64,000 nt of DNA from Felis catus (taxonomy: Eukaryota): the NCBI RefSeq assembly GCF_018350175.1, contig NC_058368.1:154320001-154384000 (forward strand), read 5' to 3'. Positions 50,872 through 64,000 of the stretch are shown here, one piece after another. The notes under the pieces were generated by a model that worked only from the letters and a program-made list of their open reading frames with translations, made no database searches and had not been told where the DNA came from. The position numbers and the translations under genes were made by a program. Position 1 is the first letter of the stretch, and every line of letters begins with the position of its first letter.

Positions 50872-53199
50872 CCCCCCAAATTCCTGATCATTCAGAGACA
50901 GTGCTTGAGATACCCTTGGTATTTTTGTACAAACATATCTTTGGTATGTTTGTAGTAAAGTATCTCCAGTGTGCTTTGTGAACTGGACAAGCAGTATCTC
51001 ATACACAAAATATAAACAGTTAGGAAGGCTTATGCCTTGGATATCCTAGCACTTTAACAAAGCCCTGAAGAAACGGAGACCAAGCAGGTGATTTTGGATG
51101 GGAATTTTTAGGAGACATCCTCATCTAAAGTCTAGAAAGAAACTTTATGAGGCCTGGATCCAAAAGATGATTTATGAGGGCAACGGACATTGCTGTGGCG
51201 TGCTGGACTCCGATGGAGTATGTCTGGCAGAGTGTAGAAAGGTACTCACATGGAGGATATTTTTAAGACGTTAAATGTGTTCTCTGAGCCTATGACTCAC
51301 GTACATTCAACATCATTTGTCCCAGCAGCCTTTGGATGTTTTCTTATTAGCCTTTTGAAACTGTTTTCTTAAAAAGAAAGCTATCTCTTTGGAGTACTTA
51401 TGGTGGTAAATCACAAATTCATGCTGACTCTCAGAAATGATGAATTTCAAAGGGATCCTAAAATTGAGAATGTGAACTTACTCCACATCAATTAATATTA
51501 TGTGCTGTTATTTATTGTGTTTTTATAGGTGATCTAGTTACTAAATTACTAGGAAATAAGCCTCAATTTTACCACTGTATAATACAGTAAAAGTGTATAA
51601 GAAGATGTCTCTGTTGCGTTGGGTGCTTGCTATTATTTGGAATTTGAATTTAAGTCTTTTCAAAGTCATGACTAAATCTTTTCATTCCATACTAGTAAAG
51701 AATGTTGAGTGGGGCAAGGGACCCTTTCATATAACTACCTAAGAACCACGGAGGATTATAATTTCACTTCTATGGTTAGGTATCAGTAATGATTATGATA
51801 ATATTCTTCTCTTGTCATCATCCTTAAGACTTCATGGAAGGATTATCTAATCAAGTTTCCTAATACAGCTGTCATTTTTATATTTACTCTGGTGAAGGTC
51901 TACCTAAACTAAGTTAAAAATGGCCCTTCGTGCCACAATTGCACCCCTCCCCCATACATATACTTAGAATAATTATCCAGAGGATTTCAGATTGCCAACA
52001 TTTTTTTTTCATTAAGTCCTTCTTTTGGGGGGCAGTGACTAATTCTTTTCATCATTAATACTTTTTAATAGACTTTATCAACCTATCTTTCTAATGTAAA
52101 CTAAGAAAGAGATCTTTGAAAAACCTTTCATCAAAGGGATGGCTGCCCAGTCCCCAAATATTCTATCTCAGAACTTTTCATCATGGAGGTTTTGAGAATA
52201 TTTAGTGCCATCTGTGCCTCGATTTTCCTTTCTTCGGATTTTTCTTTTCTTTTTTTTTTTTTTCCTTTCTTTCCTTTTTTTTTTTTTTTTTTTTTTTTTT
52301 TGAGCTGAGGTGCCAGCCGAGCCAGCCTGTGCCTCTGTTTGCTGCCAAAAGGAAAAAAAAAGAAAGAGAGAAATACCATGAACACTAAAATAGGACTTTT
52401 TTTTCAGTGTTTCTGGTATAAGCACTGTACATTTCTACTGAGTGTTCTATAAGTTTCTGTTTTTATCATCCTTAACAATAGAAAACCCACAAGAAAACTT
52501 GTGGTCTATTAGCAGAAAACAGAGGCCCTGGCAAGCTGCAGAGCAGCACAATCCTACAGTTGGGAAGCTGGGCAGGAACCCAAGTTTGTCCATGCCTAAG
52601 AACAACACTGTCTGCTAAAATTACAGTTTTCCCTTTTCACAAACCTCAAAGTTGTGAAACTTTACTAACTTTAAGAAAAGAACAGTTGGCCATACAAAAG
52701 ATACATTTCCAAATCCATCGAACAACTTACTTATACTTGCAAATGAACCACTTGGAGTGAGTCTTAAAATGTATTTGCTCCAATTATTCTGCTAAGGTAG
52801 CAAGCAGAAAGTAATCATTTTCTATGTATACTGTGAATAAGAGTCTCCAAATGTTGGTTCCAAAGAAAGCATTTGACCAATAGTTGGTAAGTGGGAGTGT
52901 AAGAGAGTGCTGTAGAAACGATAGCCACATTTTCAAAAGCCAAGTGTCTTTTTGAAGTTCCTATATGCTCAAGACGATATAATAAAATCAAATTAGAGAA
53001 ATTGTTTTAACCATGATACTCCCCGTTTCCATGGATTTTATAGAGACAAGTATTAGTAACTAAATGTTATCATGTACCTCATTGGATCAGAGAGATTAAA
53101 TGGAAGAAAGTTATAGGTCAGTATAGGTTGGTACTCCATCGATAAACTGAGTTACACTGCCAAAAGTTTTGAGCCAACCTAGTCCAGTTATTAAATATT

Positions 53200-53785
53200 T
53201 CTATCAAATCGGGGTCCAATTTGGTGACTGACACCACACTGGTTATTTGAATAGGCAAATTTAATATAAAGGGTTGTTTACAGGTCTAAAGTGGTTAACT
53301 ACTAAGGTGAGGAGAAAGGAACTCTGTGGAGTCTAGAAGTAGCAGATTCAAAAGGGCGATTGTTGCCTCCAGGTCGAGGAGAAGGCAAAAAAGGAGCCAG
53401 GGAGCAGGCAAATCCCTGTATCCCACTGCTGAGCTTCTGACGTCTTCAGAGAGCACGGCTCTCGTAGGAAGACGCAGCTTGCCGGTGGTGACACGCCTTT
53501 TCACGGGATGTTCTGGCTCCGGTCTGCAGAAGCAGTGCACCGTTGCCTGAGAACATAGGAGGTCAGAGCCAGAAACAGCTGCATGTAGGGAGCAGCCCAG
53601 GCTTTGTTTGGAGCTCCTCTGTTCCGGCAGCAGGGTTCCTGTACGGAATCATGGCACTTGAGGGCCAGAGCTGAAAGAGAAATGTCTTCTTGGTGCTAGT
53701 GCCTCGCTGAGTCAATATAGGATAGACTGGACAGTTGAGCTTCGTGACCTCCGAGAAGAGTGGCAAACGTTCATGAAACGTAACA
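53200..53785 (-). mobile_element. ancient LTR (LTR78/79-like); right boundary uncertain
   Basis: 'ggggtccaatttggtgactgacaccacactggttatttgaataggcaaatttaatataaag...gtggttaactactaagg' resembles the reverse 3' end of LTR78-type elements as I recall them. Confidence 0.55.
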
Positions 53786-54908
53786 GAAACTTTAAGTCTG
53801 TATGCTCTTATAATTACAAAAACACAAGCATCTTTATTGTGAATAACTCAGAGTATTCTCTTGTTTCTTTCAGAATTCATTGTGTTGGCAATTTGTGCCT
53901 TATCATCAGAAATAGATTTCTAATATCCATAATGGTTTTATTCATGTTATTTCTGTATTTCCACAGAATTTAAAAATCACTTATCACTTGCTATTTTAAT
54001 TATTTTAAGTAACTTCCAACGATGGTTTCAGGGTTTCAGTCTTTATTTAAATTGCCCCAATTTTCTTTTACCCATCACTAATCTCTTATTATATACAATT
54101 AATTTTCAAACTATTCACACAGACATATTCTTGAAGAGAATTACTCTAGTTGTGGCCTAAATAAATGAGGACCTTTAAAATAATGCCTTTATGAGATGTG
54201 TTGTTACAAAATGCCATAGGCAGTATTATAATAAATAATTCTGTACAAGAGTTTTGGTCTTCTGAGATGACCCGGTTATTTCTAGCAAGAACAAAACAAC
54301 CACATTTTAGTATAACTGAATAGTTTATTTAATAAAACACACAATGGATAAATATTATCAGAAAATGCTCTGTGAAACTTAGAGAAGGAAATAACACTTG
54401 TCTTAAGAACTTTTAGTTAATAGGTGGAGAATTTGGATATGATGGATATCGATCAGTATCTGGCACATTTTGTGTATTAACATAAATTTGCATCTCTAAA
54501 ATTTGTATGTGTTAAGGGTCCTATTCTGAATTAGTTTCCAGTGAATATTATTCCACTAAATATTTTTTCTTCCATATTTTGAATATAAAAAGTGCAACTC
54601 ACTCTGGCATCAAAACTGCTTATAAAATTCCCAAAGCCCACTGCACTCAGGACAGATTGTTTAGTTGGTCTTCTGAGTTTGTATTAATACTGAAATGTAT
54701 ATTCTGAGCAGCTACTCAAACACCAAACATCCAAATATTTTTATAAGCCTTGTTTGTACTTTTCTTTTGTAAATCTATACCAGACACTACTGCCAGCCTT
54801 CTGAGGTAAAAATAAATCAATTTCTTCCCCTTGCCTACAAGTCAGTCTTACCAAATACATTTCTAACAAATCCAAGATAAACCAAGGTTCTTATAAGCAT
54901 TTAGAATT

Positions 54909-55127
54909 TTTTAAATTCCTTTTCAACATTTTTTCATCTTTGAGAGCCAGAGAGAGACAGAGCATGAGCGGGGAAGGGGCAGAGAGAGGGAGACACAGAA
55001 TCCAAAGCAGGCTCCAGGCTCTGAGCTGTCAGCACAGACCCCGACGTGGGGTTCAAACTCACGAACTGTGAGATTATGACCTGAGCCGAAGTCAGACACT
55101 CAACCGACTGATCCACCCAGGCACCCC
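54909..55127 (-). mobile_element. CAN-SINE (SINEC_Fc)
   Basis: TSD ataagcatttagaatt / ataagaatttggaatt. Confidence 0.94.
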
Positions 55128-56002
55128 ATAAGAATTTGGAATTAATAAGCTATGGACACTTCCCAATATTTTTGTTAGTATTAAAACTAAGTTTAATTGT
55201 TTATTTTTCTCTTGTTCCATTGTAGTATTTTAGCACAGAAGCCTTCTGTATTCTTAAAAATTAAAGAACTAATTTTTTCAATTACCTTAACAGAGAAAAA
55301 GTGGAAGAAATTAATCTAGCTGCTGTGTTCTAGAAAGTTTCTAGGACCTAAAATATTTCTCTATAATTTTGGCATAATATGTATTATAAGGGAACTATCT
55401 TCAATATTAGAAGGAAAATCTAAGTTAGTTCACCTTTCATAGTTGCTGTCTACTTGGATAAATGTAGAAAAACAAAATTAATCAACATTATAGAGCTTTA
55501 TTATTTTTATATGTATTCTTTGGTTCATATCACTGTCTTTCTGGTTAATCAAAGAAAACATATAGTAGATTTAACATTTATTAAATGCTGACTGTGTCCA
55601 GGGTGCTCTAAGAGATGCTAAGGCGTGTATATGGATGAATCAAAGATCTTCCTCTTGAGCATCCCATTCTTGGGGACAGAACCATGAAAATTCTCACAAT
55701 GAAATGAGCTATGTGTCAACAAGAACTGAACTTCCCTATCCAATATAATGCTATAATATCTAGCTCTGAGAAGGCTATCGAGGAGAGTAAGGCAATATGG
55801 GTAACTCAGGACAGCCTGAATGTTGTATGTGAATTTGATTTTAAAAGATGATAGAACGATGCTAGGTAACAGCCTAGGTGAGAAGGGTTGGGGAAAATAG
55901 AGTACAGAATAGCTTGTAACCTGGTGGCGAGGCATGCAAACTTAATGTTCAAAGTGTAGCTTGAGGACACATAGGAAATCTGTGGGAGCCTAGGGAGAAC
56001 TT

Positions 56003-56632
56003 TTTTTTTACATAGCATAATTCTTTTGAGATTCATCTAGTATTTTGTATATATCACTGTTCCTTTGTGAATAGTACTTGATTGTATAGATACACCATAA
56101 TTTATCAGTTCATGGACATTTCGGTTGCTTCCAGTTTTGTAAGAAAGCATATATGAGTATTTTCTTACAGGTCTTCATGTAAATCTGTGTTTTCACTTAG
56201 GAAATATCTAAGAGTAGAGTGTATAGATTACATGGTTAACTTTATAAGAGACTGCTGAACTGTTGTTCAGGATGATTTTCCCCCTTCGCATTCTCAGAGA
56301 AAGGTATGAAAATACCTTCTATATCTTTGTCAATAGTTGGTATTGTGCATCTTTTCAATTTTAATAATTCAAGTATAGTGTTATTTTACCATAGTTTTGG
56401 TTGCATATTCTTGATAATGTGTAGTGCTGCACACCTCTACGTGTGCTTGTTGGCCATTTATCTTCTTTGTGAAGTATATTTTCAAATATATTGCCCATTT
56501 TTTAAAAATCGGGTTGTTGGTTGTTTGATTTTATTGACTTGGAAAAACTCATATATTATAAATAGAAGACCTTTAACAGGTGTTTCACAAATATTTTCTA
56601 GTATCTGGTGTCTATTGATTTTCATAATAGTG
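56003..56632 (-). mobile_element. old LINE-1 3' fragment
   Basis: 'catggacatttcggttgcttccagtttt', 'tatattgcccattttttaaaaatcgggttgttgg'. Confidence 0.75.
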
Positions 56633-56808
56633 TAATGGGACTTTTGGGGCACCTGTTCGTGTCAGGTGGGATGAGTATTTCTACAACACGAATGGAAAAT
56701 AAAGATGGAGTCAGTATTTAGCTTTTTATATAAGAAAGAAAATTATGTGGCTCTACCAAAAAACAATAGTTTTGAAAACCTGGGTTTATCAAAAGAGACT
56801 CTTCTAGA

Positions 56809-56984
56809 TTCTTTTTTCTTTTTATACACAGAGTGGGGTGAGAGGGAGAGAGAGAGAATCTTGAGCAGGCTCCATGCCCAGCCTCAGCATGGAGCCCAAC
56901 GTAGGGCTTGATCCCACAACCCTGGAATCATGACCTGAGCCAAAATCAAGAGTCAGCCACTTAACTGAGCTATTCTGGTGCGCC
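56809..56984 (-). mobile_element. CAN-SINE
   Basis: 'gatcccacaaccctggaatcatgacctgagccaaaatcaagagtc'. Confidence 0.9.
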
Positions 56985-57048
56985 TACCTTCTTTTTAACT
57001 TCTAGTAACTCACCAAAAACTCTTTCCTGGACTCTGATCTGATATAAA

Positions 57049-57230
57049 CTTTTTTAAATGTTTTATTTATTTGAGAGAGTGAGAGAAAGGTGGGGAGGGG
57101 TGGGACAGAGGATCTGAGGTGGGCTGTGTGTTGAGAGCAGAGATCCTGATGTGGGGCTCGAGCTCACAAACCGTGAGATCATGACCTGAACCAAAGTCAG
57201 ATGCTCAACCTACCAAGCCACCCAGGTGCC
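57049..57230 (-). mobile_element. CAN-SINE
   Basis: TSD ctgatataaa (57039-57048, 57231-57240). Confidence 0.92.
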
Positions 57231-59701
57231 CTGATATAAATGTTTAAAATCATGGATAAAATCATCTTTATTCCCATGATATCTAAAACCTAGTGTACCT
57301 GAGAAAACAGATAATTTCCATAGGGTAAATCCTAGTCAGGAATGAAGAGGTATCAGAACCCACACCTATATAGTCTTGGCAAACTATTGGAATAGGGTCA
57401 GGGAAAGCATACTGACAACCAAGAGCATCCTGATGTCTTATCCAGACTAAAGTTTGGAGGACCGAGTTAGAGAGGAAAGCAATAATCACTGGGGCTTTTG
57501 TCGAATTGGGACTCTGCAGGGGCTAACTCACTGATATCTCTATCCCAACCTAAGGTAATTATAATAGAAACTGCAACAGTGGAAAGGGTATGACTGTTTA
57601 CAGAGGGTGAAAAAGAATCCAAATTAGCATTCCAATCATCCTTCTGTTCTTATAGGTTAAGAAAAGGTCTTAAAAATTGTTAAGTGCCTTTGGAATTAGG
57701 AAGGAGACTGGATGTCAGAATGCAGCTGAGATTGCAAAGGTTGTCAAAAGCTACAAGGTGGACCACCCAGACCTGATAATAATTGGATTCATGGATAAGA
57801 AGTATTGGGATGGAGTTCAGTGTACGTGAGGAGATAGCCAAGCTATTCACAAGAACCACTGGTGCAGGGACTAGTCTTCCACCAGAAGCATCCGTAACAA
57901 GCATGAGGTCTCCCAAGAGTGCCACCAGCTTGATACCACCTCTCATGTCACCAATAAAGGGACTAGCTCAATTATTCACTTTGCAATCTAGATCATCAAA
58001 TAACAGAAGGTATCCACAAGCATCTGTAATGCCCTCACCTGCAACCACCATGGCAATTGTATTCTCAGATACCATCTCAGAGAGAGGTAAAGGGATATGG
58101 AGAAAACATGGCAGATTGAGCACTTGTCTGAAACACTATGAGTCATCAAAATGTCACTGAACTAGAGACAGGGATAATGGTTAGTACTCCTCCCATCCCA
58201 ACAGTACTTAGGGGATATAGTGAGCACAGGGGAAAGACTGAGTTAATAATAGACCATTTGCTGGATAATTTCTGAACACTCCCAGTTTGCTTGGACTCTA
58301 TGTTGTCTATAACTAATCTGTTAGCTCTTGAATTTTAACAATTAAGAATAAACCAGACACAGAAATGTGAATAACAGTTCTCTGAGATTTCTCCATACTG
58401 GTGGCTTGCCTTGTAATGTAATATAATGCCTTCTGCTTTGCATGTCCAGCTTTCATGACAGAAATTTACAATTCTTAATTCAGTCTTTCCTTATCAGGGA
58501 GAGGAGGATAGGGTGTGGGACTGACTGCATGCAACCCAGAATGCTTTTAAGTACCTCTGACTCCTTTGATCAGTCAGATCCACCCATCTCATCAGTGGTA
58601 ATTTTATACCCTTTCACCATCAAGTTTCCTCTACTGCTCCCTAGTGCACATCTGAATCCAGACTGTGAGATAGATCATGATAGATACAACCCTATTCACA
58701 AAAAATGATGTTTTGCCTTCTCTTTAAACATACTTAACATTTTCTATAAGGAAATATCTGCTGAAAGCTCAGGGAAGACCACTAGGCTCCTATCACATTC
58801 CGAGTCTAGTTCAGTCTAGCTAGTCTGTTACAGTTTTCTTTTGGTTCAGTCTCTTTGTCAACAATAGGAATTGGATTGTTGTCCAAGCCCAGGGAAAAGT
58901 AACTTTTAGAAATCTGGAATGAGGTTAGTTGATAAAAATACATCCAGGAATAAAAGAGTACAGAACAGGAGCTACTCTTCCCTTCTGGCATAGGGAATCC
59001 CTTATTAAACACCTGTGAAACTTAATATCAAACATTCTATTGACCAGGTGTTGCTTCAAAAGTCTCCAGGCTAGAGACAAGCACTTCCAAACACCTAGAG
59101 TGAGTTTCCTGACAAGCATTCATGCAAGTAAATACATTAAGCTAACTTGCATTGCTGTGAAAAAACTATGGGGAGACCCACTAATGGTAGGGTATTACCT
59201 TCTGAAAACCACATTATTTACACTTATCATCCAGAAAGGCAGAGAACCAGACTGTTCCATTAAGCTGTCAATCAGAACTTATGAAGAAGCACAGATTGTA
59301 TATTACTAGTTTAAATGTTAGAAGGCATGACAGTTACAGGATTTTGAGAATGCTAGGCATTCTTTTGCTTGAAAGAGGAAGAGCATTCAAGAAATTATCT
59401 TTTTATTCTGAAGTGTTAAATGTATCAGGCTCCAATAGGATCTTTATTTCTGTACATTTGGTCATATCTCCACAAGAAGAGATATGGCGAGATATCCTAT
59501 ATTTATATAGCACTTTACAGTTTATAGGGCACTTGTCTGTTATAGTACTTGCTCTATAAATGATACTATGCAAGATACTTCCTCATTGTGGAACCACAGA
59601 TTCTAAAAATGCTTCCTAGAAGACTATTGGTTTGTTTTCAGAATAACAAATCAAATTTGCAAGTTTTGCACATTTTGAATGTTTACAGTACATGTTTGTA
59701 G

Positions 59702-59905
59702 TTTTTAAATTAAAAAAAAAAGTTTATTTATTTATTTTGAGAGAGAGAACATGAGCAGGGGAGGAGCAGAGAGGGAGAGAATCCCAAGCAGGATATGCAC
59801 TCCAGCACAGAGCTCAAAGTGGGGCTCGATCCCACAAAATGCAAGATTATAATCTGATCCAAAATTGAGCTGGATGCTTAACTGACTGAGCCCCCCAGTT
59901 GCTCC
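59702..59905 (-). mobile_element. CAN-SINE
   Basis: Reverse body; flanking tgtttgta repeat. Confidence 0.9.
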
Positions 59906-60589
59906 TGTTTGTATGTCTTTAAAAAGAGCTAGAGTGTTTTAAGTATTAATATTAACTACTAACTGTTGGACAGAAGTTAATATAGCGATAGGCTTTGTTA
60001 TAATAAGGCATTTCTATCTTTCATTATTTATAATTTTATTGGTAAAATATGTGCTAATGCAAACAATTTTCATATATGAATAAAACATAAGGCAGCATAG
60101 TAATTAATATAAAAGGATTCAACAGCACATAAAGGTGGTTAATATATCTACCTCTTCATATATCAACGCCAGTTATATTTCCTTGGAAGACACTAAAGAT
60201 TGAAAATCAAGCATGCTAATTAATTAGTTTCATTCTCAGTTAACTTGAAGGTTGCATATAAAAAGGAAAGCAGGCTGACTGTGAGCAAGAATGAAGAGTT
60301 CGGATAAAAAGATCAAGAGGAGAAAGTATACAGGAAGAGAAAAAGTGTCAGCTTGCTAGCAGCAAAAAAAAAAAAAAAAAAATCTCAGTGACTCAAAGTA
60401 GAACAAGTTCTCCTATCACTAAACACAGTGAAAGTTTGAGAGAACTGGCTATATGTGAACAAGGTTTAGAATCTGCATATAAACTTTAATAAGAAAGAGA
60501 TTATCCGGTATGATAGAAAAGGGAGAATTAGAGGCACATTCAAAACTCATGTTCTTGGTGCACTGCTATCTATCTGAACAGGCGTTCTA

Positions 60590-61136
60590 GTGAGATTATT
60601 TTGGGTGTAGGGAAATAGGACTTGCTGGTTTAAGAGAGAAGGATGTAAATATTGTTAGTAGAAGACCAGAGAGTCTATAGGGTGGACAAGAAATATAGCA
60701 GGGCCAGGAATCATATAACTGAGACTGGTCGAAGGGCCCTTTGATGGATCTCAGCACAGGATTTTTTGTGGATCATCACACTATTCGTGATATCTAGCTA
60801 CACTCCCACTGTTTACCTCTCTGTGTCTCCTAAAAAGTGGCTTCTTTGCCCTTTAATCTGTTTGTTTTTTGTTTTGTTTTTAAACTCAAGGCTTCTTTTT
60901 CTTGAGTGTAGCATATTCATAGACCAGGATGGACCACGTTTTGTGCATGTTGGGGAAGCCATTCTTCTGCTCTATTCATGAGCTGCCTAATTAGCCTGTC
61001 AGATCATTGCATGCAACCTGTTGACTTAAGGAGCTGTGACCCAGATAGAGTGAGGTCCAATGGCTAACGTGGCCTGGCTCTCCAAAAAGGGTTGTGGGTG
61101 GGGCAGTTTTCCTTAAGAAGGGCTATTGGCATTACA
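60590..61136. mobile_element. old MaLR LTR (MLT1-like)
   Basis: 'gggtggggcagttttccttaagaaggg' near a ...CA end; highly diverged. Confidence 0.4.
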
Positions 61137-61740
61137 TGTATTATGAACAAATTATGAACGAGTCCACAAAAACATGCATAACTGAAAAGACTGTTGAGTT
61201 TCTTCTTTGTATGTGACAGTTGAATTTCTACTATCTTTTAGGTATTCTTCTAAGCTTTATATTTCCACATAATACTTTTCACTTCAGGGACGAGAAATAA
61301 TTGTATAGTTATTTGTATCAAGAACTTGGCAATAAGATAAAAGTCTCATGGATGAATGAATTAACTGTTTTTTTCCCCACAATCGTGTCCACTGGGTTGA
61401 TTGATAATAGTCCTTAGCATACAATTTATTACTTTAAAGCTCTGAATTTACGTGGTTGCTACTTGAAAACACTCCAAATTGTAGATCTCATGTTCCTTTC
61501 CTGGGTATTGTTAACATTTCTCCCATATACCATACTGAAGCTAATTAATAAAACTTTGTTTCCAGTTAGGCTGCTTGTGTTCCAGTTCTTTGTTTTCAGT
61601 GATTAGTTTTGGTCACGTGAATGTTGACAACATGATTATAAATACTGATACAGCCCAAATATAGATATCTCTATAGTCTGTATTATATCCAATTCCTAAA
61701 AATAGGTAGAGGAACTTTACTTCCAAAGAGTATTGCTTTT

Positions 61741-61945
61741 AATTTTTTTTAAATATTTGTGTATTTTTGAGACACACAGAGTGTGAGTGGGGGAGGGACA
61801 GAGAGAGAGGGAGACAGAATCAGAGGCAGGCTCTAGGCTCAGAGCTGTCAGCCCAAAGCCCAACACGGGTCTTAAACCCATGAACCATGAGATTATGAGC
61901 TGAGCTGAAGTCGGACACTTAACCTACTGAGCCACAAGGTACCTC
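61741..61945 (-). mobile_element. CAN-SINE
   Basis: Reverse body and head. Confidence 0.92.
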
Positions 61946-61987
61946 ATCGCTTTTAAAAATTTGGTGAGAAAATTATTTTACTGCATC

Positions 61988-62151
61988 TTTTTTTAAAAAA
62001 ATCGTTTTTATTTATTTTGAAAAGAGAGAGAGAGGGAGAGAGGGAGAGATTGAGAATCCCAAGCAGGCTCCACACTGTCAACACAGGGCCCCATGCAGCA
62101 TGTGATCATCAAGGGTTGGATGCTTAACTGATTAAGCCACCCAAGTGCCCC
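61988..62151 (-). mobile_element. CAN-SINE with internal deletion
   Basis: 'gagaatcccaagcaggctccacactgtca...gatgcttaactgattaagccacccaagtgcccc'. Confidence 0.88.
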
Positions 62152-62894
62152 TGTTTTATTATATCTTACTGTTTCATATGGGCAAATTTTGAAATAAGTT
62201 GAATATTTTTTTTTTCTTATTCTTAGTAAGTTACAGTATTAGAGCTATTCAGTCTACAGTTTATACTCTCAGTACCATGTTGTCACCTAAATCATTTAAC
62301 TATCTTCAGTTTGGGGGGAATTGCCCTAATCATCTTGTAAATATGCCATACTAGATCACAAAATTGCTCATGATCTCTTGCAAGGCTTTCGGGAGCATAC
62401 AAGTCATACACTGGAATTTAAACAAATAAATACAAATGGTAAAAGAATTAGACTTTTGTATTTAAAAGCTGTTACTCTGAAGTGTTTTGTGTCTAGCAGC
62501 TTACATTTTCCTTTATAAGATTTTCTGAGCTCATCCTTAATATTTAAGATTCTGTCATGATAAAATCAATCTGAGTTTTACTAGTCTAGTAAGTTTACTG
62601 AGGGACTACTGATTGGGAATAAAATTTAAGGAAATTTTCGAATATTAGGTCCTTCATTAGAAACTTGCATTTAAAAATACTATAAATCACATGACTTGCG
62701 ACACTTAGTAACAGAAACTAAATAAACTCGAATCACGTTTGTAACACTAGACCATATTAAAACTAATGACTATTGAAAGTTTCTACTTAAGTTTAGACAA
62801 CATTCTGGGAAAACACTCATCCATATGGTCAAGCAATAACTCGGCCAATGAAAAATTTCTAATTATGTTTCATGCCATTTGGAATACACCAATT

Positions 62895-64000
62895 TTCTTT
62901 TAGTTTTTATTGAAGTATAGTTAAAACAACGTAACATTAGTTTCAGGTGTACAAGATAATGATCTAATTTCTCTATACATTTTGGTATACTAACCACAAG
63001 TGTAGCTACCTTCTGTCACCATGCAACACTATTACAATACCATTGACTATAATCCCACTTCTGTACCTTTTACTTATTCCTTCCATAGCTGGTAACCTGC
63101 ACCTCCCACTCCACCTCCACCCTTTTGGTAACCATCAGTTTGTTGTCTGTATTTATGGGTCTGCTTCTGCTCTTTATTTTCATTTTGCTTTTTTTTTTCT
63201 TTCACATATAAGTGAAATATTATGGTATTTATCTTTCTCTGCCTTATTTTACTTAGCATAGGACCTTCTAGGTTCATCCATGTTGACACAAATTGGCAAG
63301 ATATCATTCTTTCTGATTAGGTAATAATTTATTGTATATATACCATATCTTTTTTTTTAATTTTTTAATGTTTATTTATTTTTGAGAGAGAGAGTGTGCA
63401 TGTGCACCATGGAGGGGGAGACAGAGAAAAAGAGAGAGACAGAGGATCCCTAGCAGGGACTTTCGCTGACAGCAGAAAGCCTGATGCAGGGCTCAAACTC
63501 AGAAACTGAAAGATCATGACCTGCGCCAAAGTTGGACGCTTAACCAACTGAGTCACCCAGGTGCCCCATACCATATCTTTTTTATACATTCAGGTAATGA
63601 TGGACACTTAGGTTGCTTCCATGTGTTGGCTATTGTCAATAATGCTACAATAAACATGGGGGTGTATATATCTTTTCAAACATATGTGTTTTGGTTTCTT
63701 TGAATAAGTATACAGTAGTGCAATTACTAGATCATGTAGTATTTCTAATTTTTTGAGTAATTTTCATACTGTTTTCCACAGTGACTGTACCCGTTTACAC
63801 TCCTACTAATGGTGCATGATGGCTTCTTTTTTTCTATATCCTCACCAACTCTTGTTATTTATTTGTTATATTTGTGATACTAGCCATGCTGACAGGCATG
63901 ATGTAATAGCTCTTGTGGTTTTCATTTACACTTCCCTGATAAATGGTGATGTTGAGCATATTTTCATGCATCATATTGTCTGTCTGTATGTCCTCTTTGG
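62895..64000 (-). mobile_element. carnivore LINE-1 3' end, running off the window
   Basis: 3' end 'tttattgaagtatagtt...attagtttcaggtgtacaa'; ORF2 C-terminal remnant (STWMNLEGPMLSKIRQ). Confidence 0.88.
63356..63567 (-). mobile_element. CAN-SINE inside L1
   Basis: TSD ataccatatcttttttt on both sides. Confidence 0.94.

Noticed and set aside
51098..51274. 58-codon plus-strand ATG ORF (MGIFRRHPHLKSRKKLYEAW...CCGVLDSDGVCLAECRK) with possible splice sites
   Set aside because: Weak acceptor and donor, no recognisable homology, and a length expected by chance

Overview
AT-rich, repeat-dense mammalian non-coding DNA, almost certainly from a cat-family (feliform) carnivore: it carries about 24 tRNA-derived CAN-SINEs of the felid (SINEC_Fc) type. 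I found no recognisable protein-coding host exon, RNA gene or CRISPR. The ORF track is explained by decayed LINE-1, SINE and microsatellite sequence or by chance ORFs. The main feature is a full-length but inactivated felid LINE-1 (about 26985-33103, minus strand; frameshifts, RT motif FADD changed to FADG, SINE inserted in the endonuclease domain) lying inside a multi-layer nest of older elements. Other content: carnivore and older L1 fragments, ERV/MaLR LTRs (MER21-, MER31/67-, MLT1-, MLT2-, LTR78-like), an internally deleted Tigger1, Charlie/MER5 hAT relics, L2 and MIR. The best leads are modest: a CpG-rich ancient LTR that may be a promoter for a spliced minus-strand non-coding transcript, a strong minus-strand bias of retroelements, and several informative insertion or repair scars. 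Repeat family names come from recalled consensus similarity and were not confirmed by a search. I see no convincing evidence for a new biological system.
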